From a virus (Duplodnaviria > Caudoviricetes), in the IMG/VR virus record IMGVR_UViG_3300033068_001067, positions 2,312 to 66,311 of that record: a stretch of DNA of 64,000 nt; one strand, written 5' to 3'. Each line of letters starts with the position of its first letter. Position 1 is the stretch's first letter. The position numbers and the translations under genes were made by a program. Below, piece by piece: positions 57,182-64,000 of the stretch. The notes beneath the pieces were generated by a model that saw only the letters and a list, made by a program, of their open reading frames with translations, ran no database searches and had not been told where the DNA came from.

Positions 57182-57236
57182 GGCTAACAGCGGTTTGGCG
57201 ACATTAAAACGACCGCCAAGCCGCAAAACGTTGAGC
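57182..57236 (+). repeat. attC-like site 11 (terminal, shortest)
   Basis: Arms identical to site 1: TAACAGCGGTTTGGC / CGCCAAGCCGCAAAACGTT. Confidence 0.9.
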
Positions 57237-57253
57237 AATATTCTTAACGATAG

Positions 57254-57469
57254 CTAATCCCATATTGCACTAAATTTATCCCAGCCTGTGTAGTTCTCTT
57301 TTGGTTCTTTAAATCCGTATTGCTTCATGGTTTCAGACTTGTCTTTTGAGTTTTGAGCATCTTTTATGGCATTGTGATAGTTTGTTTCAGCTACCCAAAT
57401 TAAACCAATAGTTAATATGGCAAAGAATATACATAAGCCTTGTACAAATAGTTTTAGTAGTTGTTTCAT
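57254..57469 (-). CDS. small membrane protein
   Basis: One N-terminal TM helix. Confidence 0.65.
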   Translation of the reverse strand: MKQLLKLFVQGLCIFFAILTIGLIWVAETNYHNAIKDAQNSKDKSETMKQYGFKEPKENYTGWDKFSAIWD

Positions 57470-57475
57470 GGTTGA

Positions 57476-57781
57476 TTAAGATAAATTGTTGGTTAATTGT
57501 AACGCATGGGCGGTGCTTAGTTTTTGCACCCTTTCTAGCCTATCAAAGCAGTCATAGTACCATTGCATTATACGGGAGTGAATCTTACTATACCGTTCTA
57601 TTCTTTTAGTGAAATCACTCTCTCTGTATATCAATTTAATGGTAGCGAAAGGGTCTTTTGTTGCATGGTATAGATTAAGGTCGCTAACTGCTTCGTCCTG
57701 CCTATTCTTAGCCCTTATTGCTAAATCTAGTATATCAATACATCTTTCATGTAGCTTTAACTGTGCGGTTTCTCTGCCCAT
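57476..57781 (-). CDS. hypothetical early protein
   Basis: ORF; start set at MGRE after the AAAGACAAAATG leader. Confidence 0.6.
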   Translation of the reverse strand: MGRETAQLKLHERCIDILDLAIRAKNRQDEAVSDLNLYHATKDPFATIKLIYRESDFTKRIERYSKIHSRIMQWYYDCFDRLERVQKLSTAHALQLTNNLS

Positions 57782-57935
57782 TTTGTCTTTGGTTTTTTTG
57801 GTTACGAAAATATAAGATAAAGAACTGCAATAAACGCTAACCATCCCACTATTTCATGCAGCCAATTATTCATTCTAGGGTCGTTATCGGGGGCATTGTA
57901 TCTGTCTATTTGGTCTGAAATTACTTTTGCCATAA

Positions 57936-58184
57936 TTAGTAGCTTTTTGAATTGTTAAGAAAGTTTTTGCTCTTATCGGGGTTAAGTCCTTTTAGTGTTC
58001 TTGTATGTGCTGAAATTAGCGGTAAATTGATAGGGTACTGTTCATCCATTTCTTGGTCGGTAAGCATTTTGCCATCGGGCAATATCCATACATTCACCCC
58101 ATTCATAGGTACTCCACTACTGTTTATTCTTAGCATCTTATTGTGGCAATACTCGGAGTAGGTTAAGGTTGTCTTTCTTGTCAT
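57936..58184 (-). CDS. hypothetical early protein
   Basis: ORF with AAAGACAATG leader. Confidence 0.6.
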   Translation of the reverse strand: MTRKTTLTYSEYCHNKMLRINSSGVPMNGVNVWILPDGKMLTDQEMDEQYPINLPLISAHTRTLKGLNPDKSKNFLNNSKSY

Positions 58185-58196
58185 TGTCTTTGGTTT

Positions 58197-58385
58197 TTAA
58201 CGTGCTAAATGTTGTTGCCAATAGTTGTTTTGCTTTTCATCAATCTTTTTTGTAAGGTGGTATATTTTACGGTCTGCATCCCTTTCTGTAACCTTGTCTC
58301 CGGTTTCTATTGCCTGTTGTAGCTTTCTTTGTAGGGCTGCTCTCTGAAATACCCACTTGCTTAGTTCTCCCGTTTTTGATTGCAT
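58197..58385 (-). CDS. hypothetical early protein
   Basis: ORF; start set at MQSK. Confidence 0.55.
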   Translation of the reverse strand: MQSKTGELSKWVFQRAALQRKLQQAIETGDKVTERDADRKIYHLTKKIDEKQNNYWQQHLAR

Positions 58386-58440
58386 AAAATTAGTTTTTGT
58401 GGTTAAATAATCAATCAACTTTTAAACTTTTAATCAGATT

Positions 58441-58632
58441 TTAAGTATCAACTAAAATGAAAATTTTGTTTTTGCTTTTCATATAATCGAATGGTGGATG
58501 CCCTGCAATACCCTTTTCATACTTTTTAATTAGCCTGTATTTGTACTGCAAACTACATGGGAATCCACTTCGATTAAGATGTACATAATCTTCTATCGGT
58601 ATTACTTTTCTTTCTTTTACTTCGTTACTCAT
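58441..58632 (-). CDS. small basic protein, possibly DNA-binding
   Basis: ORF with AAAGACAATG leader. Confidence 0.55.
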   Translation of the reverse strand: MSNEVKERKVIPIEDYVHLNRSGFPCSLQYKYRLIKKYEKGIAGHPPFDYMKSKNKIFILVDT

Positions 58633-58770
58633 TGTCTTTTCTTTGGTGGGTTTAAAATATATTCTGTTGCTGTTCTTATTCCATTCCAATCAAGGGCTAT
58701 CCAATACCATGCTTTGCACCAATAGCCGTCTTTACCGAAATGGATAAAAGGAAGTTTGATTTTCATAGCT

Positions 58771-58989
58771 TTATTGGTTAAAATTGTAGGTTCTTGAGTA
58801 TTGCAGTACGGGGTTTGCGAATGTGCCTACTTCCCACATTATTGTATTTTTATCAATATCAATCTTACCTGTGTGTTGGTCGTTTTCTATACCCCACTTC
58901 TCAATAAATGCCTTTGCTTTATTAATGCTTTTAAAGGTATGCTTTGCCCCTGTCTTAGCTTCTTTAACTGTATGGATGTACTTTGCCAT
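58771..58989 (-). CDS. hypothetical early protein
   Basis: ORF with AAAGACAATG leader. Confidence 0.6.
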   Translation of the reverse strand: MAKYIHTVKEAKTGAKHTFKSINKAKAFIEKWGIENDQHTGKIDIDKNTIMWEVGTFANPVLQYSRTYNFNQ

Positions 58990-59009
58990 TGTCTTTGTCG
59001 TTTTATGGG

Positions 59010-59381
59010 TTAATTAATAGGGGATAATACTATCCCATTTTCTTTTGAATATGGTCTATTATCTTTTTTTATCGGTCTTGGTTCTTTTGCGTTTATATCA
59101 AAATACACATTCCCTTCCCCGTACATCTCTTTGTATTTTTGGAATTGCTGCAACTCTTTTTCATTAAGTACTTTAACTTCTTTTTCTTGGCAGTTTATTT
59201 GATAGCCGTAGGGGGTCATTGTGTTGGTTCTAATCCCTATCCATCCCTTATCAGTACAACCTGTTGTGAATGGGTGTGTTGCTTCTCCTATAACTCCATT
59301 TAAGCAGCTATCGTTTCTGTCTTTAATGTTTACAATAGCAACAATGCTATTTACATCTATGTTAGTTTGCCCTGCTTTCAT
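59010..59381 (-). CDS. hypothetical early protein
   Basis: ORF in early block. Confidence 0.6.
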   Translation of the reverse strand: MKAGQTNIDVNSIVAIVNIKDRNDSCLNGVIGEATHPFTTGCTDKGWIGIRTNTMTPYGYQINCQEKEVKVLNEKELQQFQKYKEMYGEGNVYFDINAKEPRPIKKDNRPYSKENGIVLSPIN

Positions 59382-59417
59382 TTTTTTATTGTTTTAATTG
59401 TTAAGTTAATAAAGGGG

Positions 59418-59636
59418 TTAATTAATTATTCCCATTTCAGCATCTTGCAATTCTGCTATTTTTGCTAAGTCTTCACTTAATTGGCTATAATCCCCCTCAA
59501 CTGAATTAATTAGCAATTGTAATGCTTCAACTTTACTACTATGTTTTGTATAGTCATTGTAAAGCATTTCTTCAAATATATCTAAGTTATCAATATTGAA
59601 GTTTTCTAGTAATTGTTGTGCTGTTTTTTTTGTCAT
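59418..59636 (-). CDS. hypothetical acidic early protein
   Basis: ORF; leader shared with the next gene. Confidence 0.6.
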   Translation of the reverse strand: MTKKTAQQLLENFNIDNLDIFEEMLYNDYTKHSSKVEALQLLINSVEGDYSQLSEDLAKIAELQDAEMGIIN

Positions 59637-59922
59637 TGTCTTTTAGTTTAATTGGTTAAGAGTAAGAAAGTTCAAAATCTCCACTATATTCATTCGGTGT
59701 AAAATCTTCCAATTCTATACCATTTACATGATGCTGAAAATCGTTGATGCAAGTTAATAAAGCCATTTTTTGACAATCATTTGCCCATGCCCCTTTAGTT
59801 GGCATTAATTCTAGTACTTTCTCAATATCTTGAGATAAAGCAGTTAATTTGTCTTTTACCTGCTCAAATTGTCTTTGCTGTGCTGTTTTGTTTGCCATTG
59901 TTTTTTAGTTTAATTGGTTAAG
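59617..59922. repeat. 44-bp direct repeat (41/44) covering leader and first codons of two adjacent genes
   Basis: Copies at 59617-59660 and 59879-59922. Confidence 0.8.
59656..59898 (-). CDS. hypothetical early protein
   Basis: ORF bounded by the 44-bp repeat. Confidence 0.6.
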   Translation of the reverse strand: MANKTAQQRQFEQVKDKLTALSQDIEKVLELMPTKGAWANDCQKMALLTCINDFQHHVNGIELEDFTPNEYSGDFELSYS

Positions 59923-59936
59923 GTTATTTAGTGTTG

Positions 59937-60185
59937 TTAGTTAATTAAAGTGCCTTTATGCTCTTTGCCGTCTTTGTCTCTTACTGTTACCCATGTAATA
60001 GTTTCAGTACCATTAATGCCATTAGATAAGTCAATAGATATGTTTTGGGTGCTTACTCCTATTACTTCACCTGTTACTTCTGAATAATCAGATTTTTTAA
60101 TGGTGGCTATTGTCTTTTCTTCATCTTCAAGCAATTTACTTACTGCTTTATCAAATTCATAGAACGAGTAATTCTCTTGTCTCAT
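59937..60185 (-). CDS. hypothetical early protein
   Basis: ORF in early block. Confidence 0.6.
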   Translation of the reverse strand: MRQENYSFYEFDKAVSKLLEDEEKTIATIKKSDYSEVTGEVIGVSTQNISIDLSNGINGTETITWVTVRDKDGKEHKGTLIN

Positions 60186-60206
60186 TTTTTTTGTTTTAGT
60201 GGGTGG

Positions 60207-60512
60207 TTAAATGTTTTGTGGGTTATGGCTTAAAATGACTTTATCCCCCCAATATGCCAACATCCCATTTTCATGTATATGTGGCTCGTGTACTTCAACC
60301 TTACCCCTTGTTTCGCTGTATTTGTTCCAATTGCCTACGGTTGTAAGTTCTTTGTATTTGCTTACTTCTCTTTCAAATTCATTATAGGCTGTTTTTAAGC
60401 CTTCTTTACCTGCATAAACAGTAGTTACGCTTCTAAGGCTTTCCCATTTTTTTAAACGCTTATTGTAAGCATTTACATAAGAAACTAATTGATAAATTTT
60501 AACTGCTTTCAT
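60207..60512 (-). CDS. hypothetical early protein
   Basis: ORF downstream of a promoter. Confidence 0.6.
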   Translation of the reverse strand: MKAVKIYQLVSYVNAYNKRLKKWESLRSVTTVYAGKEGLKTAYNEFEREVSKYKELTTVGNWNKYSETRGKVEVHEPHIHENGMLAYWGDKVILSHNPQNI

Positions 60513-60549
60513 TGTATTTTGTTTTTAGTGGTTAAATGTTTTTGTCTTA

Positions 60550-60598
60550 CAAATGTAGTTTAGATATTCAACTTTTAAACTTAAATTTAGCTTAAAAT
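60550..60598 (-). promoter_or_regulatory. early promoter (TACATTTG) with AACTTTTAAACTT upstream motif
   Basis: -7 box at 60550-60557; motif shared with 58415, 61829 and 63954. Confidence 0.6.
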
Positions 60599-60784
60599 AT
60601 TGTACAAATTAAATTCTAGCTTTCGGATATTGAACTTTCTTTTGTCGGGGTTACGTTCAAACTGTCTAAATTCTAAGGGAGAAATAACCTGCATCAAAAA
60701 AGTATCTGTATCAAATTTACCCACTTTTGCCCCGTCTTTAAAAACATAGGTCAATTCTCCGCTTATTTGTATTGTGTAGGTCAT
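60587..60784 (-). CDS. hypothetical early protein
   Basis: ORF in early block. Confidence 0.55.
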   Translation of the reverse strand: MTYTIQISGELTYVFKDGAKVGKFDTDTFLMQVISPLEFRQFERNPDKRKFNIRKLEFNLYNILS

Positions 60785-61071
60785 AGTTTAACAAATTTGT
60801 CAAACCCTATAAACTTTCTATGTGTAACTGTCTCACCTTCTTTTAAATGGTAAAATTGCCCACTACTAACATTTATTCGCTTTTTAGTATTTAGCTTTAT
60901 TTCTGCTCCTGTATGGGCTGCAATATAAAAACCATTTACTTCGCTACCGTCTGCAATTTCATCATTTTGCCCTTCAAAAATTAAATGGTATTTACTGCCA
61001 TCTAACGAAGTATATAAACGGCATGTATAGCCTGTTTCTACGTCTGTATATGTTCTTTGTGTTGGTTGCAT
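60781..61071 (-). CDS. hypothetical early protein
   Basis: ORF in early block. Confidence 0.6.
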   Translation of the reverse strand: MQPTQRTYTDVETGYTCRLYTSLDGSKYHLIFEGQNDEIADGSEVNGFYIAAHTGAEIKLNTKKRINVSSGQFYHLKEGETVTHRKFIGFDKFVKL

Positions 61072-61083
61072 GAGTAGTTGTTT

Positions 61084-61488
61084 TTATTGAGTGATTTTAT
61101 AGGTAGGGTTTTTACTGGTTGAATTACTGTAATAGTCGGGGTTGATACTATGTAGCAGTTCGTGTGCTTCTCCTAACCATTGTGCTTCTTTGTCTCTTTG
61201 CTCTTTGGTTAATCCATCCTCCGTTAATCTCTTTACACATTTCATAAGGTCAAAAACCATTTGCATAAGGCTTGGGGCTGCTGCTATTAATACTGCATTT
61301 GCTTGCTGTTCTTCTGTTAATGTATTTTGCAAAGGTCTTGTTTCAATTTTGCATATCGTCTTAGTAGTGTGGTAAAATGCGTTTTCTGCATCTGTTGGCT
61401 GTTTGTTTATACTACTATAATAAAATGCTTCTATCTGTCCCATTAATGGACTTACTTTCCATTGTCCTTGTGTGTGCTTAGTTTTCAT
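61084..61488 (-). CDS. conserved phage hypothetical protein (HT.G.W...ANA.LIAAAP family)
   Basis: KHTQGQWKV...QQANAVLIAAAPSLM. Confidence 0.7.
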   Translation of the reverse strand: MKTKHTQGQWKVSPLMGQIEAFYYSSINKQPTDAENAFYHTTKTICKIETRPLQNTLTEEQQANAVLIAAAPSLMQMVFDLMKCVKRLTEDGLTKEQRDKEAQWLGEAHELLHSINPDYYSNSTSKNPTYKITQ

Positions 61489-61526
61489 GTGTCTTTAGTT
61501 TTAGATTGATTAAATAAGTTAGTGTA

Positions 61527-61549
61527 GAAAAACAACCTTACGGGGTTGT
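61527..61549 (-). terminator. possible minus-strand terminator
   Basis: ACAACC/GGTTGT stem with an A run on the + side. Confidence 0.4.
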
Positions 61550-61562
61550 AGCGGGGGGTTGA

Positions 61563-61787
61563 TTAAAGTAAATGTTTGTAACTGTTTATTAAGTCGTTAA
61601 ATTGGTTCTGAAATTCAATGTGGGTATCAATATCAATATTTCTGCCTACTTCGTTATATCCTCCTAACAAACTATATAAGGCTTTAATTTGTAGCATGTT
61701 ATCCCTACCATTTGCGAACTTGTCATGTTCTAAGGAAATAGTAGTAACTGTCTTTTTAATGTCTAGTTTTTTTGCATGTGCTAACAT
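61563..61787 (-). CDS. hypothetical early protein
   Basis: ORF downstream of the repeated promoter motif. Confidence 0.55.
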   Translation of the reverse strand: MLAHAKKLDIKKTVTTISLEHDKFANGRDNMLQIKALYSLLGGYNEVGRNIDIDTHIEFQNQFNDLINSYKHLL

Positions 61788-61828
61788 AGCTTATGTTTTT
61801 TGGTTAAATGATAATGTAAAGATAAGTT

Positions 61829-61865
61829 ACTTTTAAACTTTTAAACCTTAAAATAGGCTTAAATT
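61829..61865 (-). promoter_or_regulatory. 37-bp early regulatory repeat
   Basis: 36/37 identical to 63954-63990. Confidence 0.7.
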
Positions 61866-62039
61866 TTATGCCTTAAATTTCTTAGGATGCCATGCACCAC
61901 AACCGTTTTTTGTTTTTGTGCCTATCATTTTCGGACTGCATCCAAACATAGAGGAAAGCAAACCAAAAAATACAACTAGCAAAATAAGTTTTTCGTAAAT
62001 ACTCAAATGTAAAGTACATGGTTTTTGTCTCTTTGTCAT
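61866..62039 (-). CDS. 57-aa putative lipoprotein (not in the ORF track)
   Basis: Hand translation: MTKRQKP...LILLVVFFGLLSSMFG-CSPKMIGTKTKNGCGAWHPKKFKA. Confidence 0.55.
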   Translation of the reverse strand: MTKRQKPCTLHLSIYEKLILLVVFFGLLSSMFGCSPKMIGTKTKNGCGAWHPKKFKA

Positions 62040-62061
62040 TGGTTTATGTTTTATAGGTGGG

Positions 62062-62298
62062 TTAATTTAATAGTGTAGTGTAGCAGGTTGATAAATGTTT
62101 TTTGGCTTGTTTTTCGGTTGCAAACAATACAGTTTGATAAGCGATATACCCGTCTTTATATTCAAACCTTATTACACTTTCATAGCCTATTATACCCGTC
62201 TCATATACTGAATCGGTCTTTTTTAGTTCGGGGTGAAAGTTTAAAAGTTCTGTTCGTGGGTTAATATATCCGGAAATTGCACAATAATTTGTAGTCAT
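62062..62298 (-). CDS. hypothetical early protein
   Basis: ORF in early block. Confidence 0.55.
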   Translation of the reverse strand: MTTNYCAISGYINPRTELLNFHPELKKTDSVYETGIIGYESVIRFEYKDGYIAYQTVLFATEKQAKKHLSTCYTTLLN

Positions 62299-62552
62299 AT
62301 AGAAAGGTTTAAATAGTGGGTTAAATTATTGCAATTAATTTTGTAGATACTATTTGAAGTAGTGCTTTTTTTGCCCTGCATCCCAACAAATAAACTGCTT
62401 CATCTTCATTTCGTGCCTTTACTTCTGTTTGTCTTGCGTCGTTAGTATATGTTACCAAAAATCTATAAGTTTTCATTTTTTTAAGTTTTAGGAGTAGAAA
62501 AAAATACGGGTTTATAAGGGTGTCCCGTTCCCTTTGCTTGGGGGTTAAATGC

Positions 62553-63215
62553 TTATGCCCATAATTTGCGGGCTGTCTTTATCTTGTCTTCAATCTCATT
62601 AACTGCCTTTTTTGCATAAGTTAGGCTAAATGAGTGCTCTCTTTTTTCGGGATGGTCTTTAAACATTTGGTGTTTGGCTTTTGCTTCTTCTAAAAGGTGT
62701 TCGTAATAGTCCAAACTTTCAGGCATTGACAAGTTAATGTCGTTTGCTTTTCTTGCCCAATATTCGGCTTTACTTTCGTGTGCTGCTGCCTTTTCGCTCA
62801 TTTCTACACTTTTCCCCATCCTGTCCCAATTACGGTCTATTAATGCTCTGTGTCTTCTTTCTGAATGATGACCGATTTTTATAGGCTCCCCCATGCTTAA
62901 AAATTCTCTCCCTTCTTGCGATGCTTCATAATATTGTGTGCTTTTTCTTTCAGCACTTGCAGCCCATTGGCTTAATCTTTCGGCTCTTGCTTTTGCTCTC
63001 TCTTGCATATTATAACCGTCTGCCCTAATTATTGAATAGTAGTTTTTACCGTTCCTTTGAGCTACTAAATTAAATACAATAACTTCATGAGATTTGCCGT
63101 ATTTGGTGCAAATGGTTGTTTCTTCGCCTTTCTCGTATGTGTTTTCTGTTTCCATTACAAATACATTCGGGCAATATTTAGTGTATTTGTTTTCTGCTGT
63201 GTTTTGTGTGTTCAT
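62553..63215 (-). CDS. DUF3560-family protein
   Basis: RAERLSQWA...GEPIKIGHHSERRHRALIDR; start set at MNTQ. Confidence 0.8.
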   Translation of the reverse strand: MNTQNTAENKYTKYCPNVFVMETENTYEKGEETTICTKYGKSHEVIVFNLVAQRNGKNYYSIIRADGYNMQERAKARAERLSQWAASAERKSTQYYEASQEGREFLSMGEPIKIGHHSERRHRALIDRNWDRMGKSVEMSEKAAAHESKAEYWARKANDINLSMPESLDYYEHLLEEAKAKHQMFKDHPEKREHSFSLTYAKKAVNEIEDKIKTARKLWA

Positions 63216-63235
63216 GTGTTTAGTTTTAATGGTTA

Positions 63236-63637
63236 TTAATAAACTGGTGTTTTTGCGTTTTCTTTTTGGAATACCTTCCAAACTTCTTTTGCTGTGTATC
63301 CTCCGCCTAATGCTTTTAATGCGTCTGTAATATCATGAGTATAAAAGCATTCATGATTGTGTAATTCATACGCTATTGCTTCGTATCTCATTTTTTTACT
63401 TGCTTGGGTCTGTGCCTTATACTCTTTGTTTATCTGTTTCATGCCTTTTAAAAATTCATCTACCTTGCTTTTTGGCATGTATCCACCTGCGCCAATACTT
63501 ACATATTTGTCACCTTCTTTTAGTGGGGTTTTATTTTTTTCAAACTGCTCATTTGAGAAGGCAAAAAATACACCTGTATTTTTTAAAAGGCTATCAACTT
63601 TTTGCTGTTTTTCGTTTCTAAATTGTTGTAAAGTCAT
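63236..63637 (-). CDS. conserved phage hypothetical protein
   Basis: FFAFSNEQFE...IGAGGY...YELHNHEC. Confidence 0.7.
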   Translation of the reverse strand: MTLQQFRNEKQQKVDSLLKNTGVFFAFSNEQFEKNKTPLKEGDKYVSIGAGGYMPKSKVDEFLKGMKQINKEYKAQTQASKKMRYEAIAYELHNHECFYTHDITDALKALGGGYTAKEVWKVFQKENAKTPVY

Positions 63638-63664
63638 TGTATTAAATTTTAAAAGGTTAAATAA

Positions 63665-63895
63665 CTAATAGTTAAAATCTCTTTTCAATTGCGAACCTTC
63701 AAACATTTGGTCTAATGCCTTACGGCTTAATTTTTGGGGTTTATTATCCCAAAAATGGTATATTTTAAAATAACCTGCATGAGTGCCTAAATTTGCACAA
63801 ACATTATTTAGCTCATCAATATTACAAAATGCTTGATGCCCTGTACTTGTGATAACTTGATACACTCGTAAGTTGTTGTTAATTGTCGTTGTCAT
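63665..63895 (-). CDS. hypothetical early protein
   Basis: First ORF downstream of the terminal promoter. Confidence 0.6.
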   Translation of the reverse strand: MTTTINNNLRVYQVITSTGHQAFCNIDELNNVCANLGTHAGYFKIYHFWDNKPQKLSRKALDQMFEGSQLKRDFNY

Positions 63896-63931
63896 AAAAT
63901 AAAAGTTTGGTTAAATGATAAAATGATAGAA

Positions 63932-63990
63932 CAAAGATAAGTATATATATTCAACTTTTAAACTTTTAAACCTTAAAATATGCTTAAATT
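63932..63990 (-). promoter_or_regulatory. early promoter (TATCTTTG) with 37-bp upstream repeat
   Basis: -7 box at 63932-63939; repeat at 63954-63990. Confidence 0.65.
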
Positions 63991-64000
63991 TACCTTAAAA

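Larger units (their letters stand above)
51295..57236 (+). mobile_element. integron-like cassette array: 1 empty + 11 gene-bearing cassettes
   Basis: 12 AAC...GTT hairpins; each inter-site segment has self-complementary ends. Confidence 0.88.

Noticed and set aside
51295-57236. CRISPR array
   Set aside because: Repeats are 55-135-bp imperfect hairpins with variable loops, separated by whole genes rather than constant-length spacers, and no cas genes are present.
1-64000. Stop-codon reassignment as in some crAss-like phages
   Set aside because: Long genes are open in the standard code, and TAG and TGA terminate clear genes (e.g. groES ends in TAG).
1-64000. tRNA/rRNA genes and terminal repeats
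   Set aside because: No cloverleaf or rRNA-like stretch was recognised, and the two window ends share no repeat that I can see.

Overview
The whole window reads as a large part of an AT-rich dsDNA tailed-phage genome. It is podovirus-like, with a crAss/Cellulophaga-phage-type virion module, and its host is very probably in Bacteroidota (TAnnTTTG promoter boxes, A-rich leaders without Shine-Dalgarno sites). I found no host chromosomal genes, tRNA, rRNA or CRISPR. The plus strand (1-49.3 kb) carries, in order: replication initiator and primase-helicase; small middle genes; GroES and a double-GroES protein; tail rings and muzzle; four putative ejected/cargo proteins, one a 2021-aa polyvalent protein with GNAT and kinase modules; terminase; a 7.9-kb glycan-biosynthesis island interleaved with homing endonucleases; portal, scaffold and major capsid protein; a fibre; and lysis genes. 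The minus strand (49.2-64 kb) carries NinG, a tyrosine recombinase, a GIY-YIG/integrase-N fusion, a cassette array and small early genes. The main finding is an integron-like system at about 49.8-57.2 kb. Eleven gene-bearing cassettes and one empty mini-cassette are separated by AAC...GTT hairpin (attC-like) sites next to an intact tyrosine recombinase that lacks the canonical IntI insertion. All cargo ORFs are antisense to the canonical cassette direction. Two cargo DNA methyltransferases start inside the attC loops. Each cassette's two ends pair over about 13-15 nt with an invariant A.C mismatch. A relic cassette lies at 4.2-4.5 kb. All product calls come from motif recognition by eye, not database searches.
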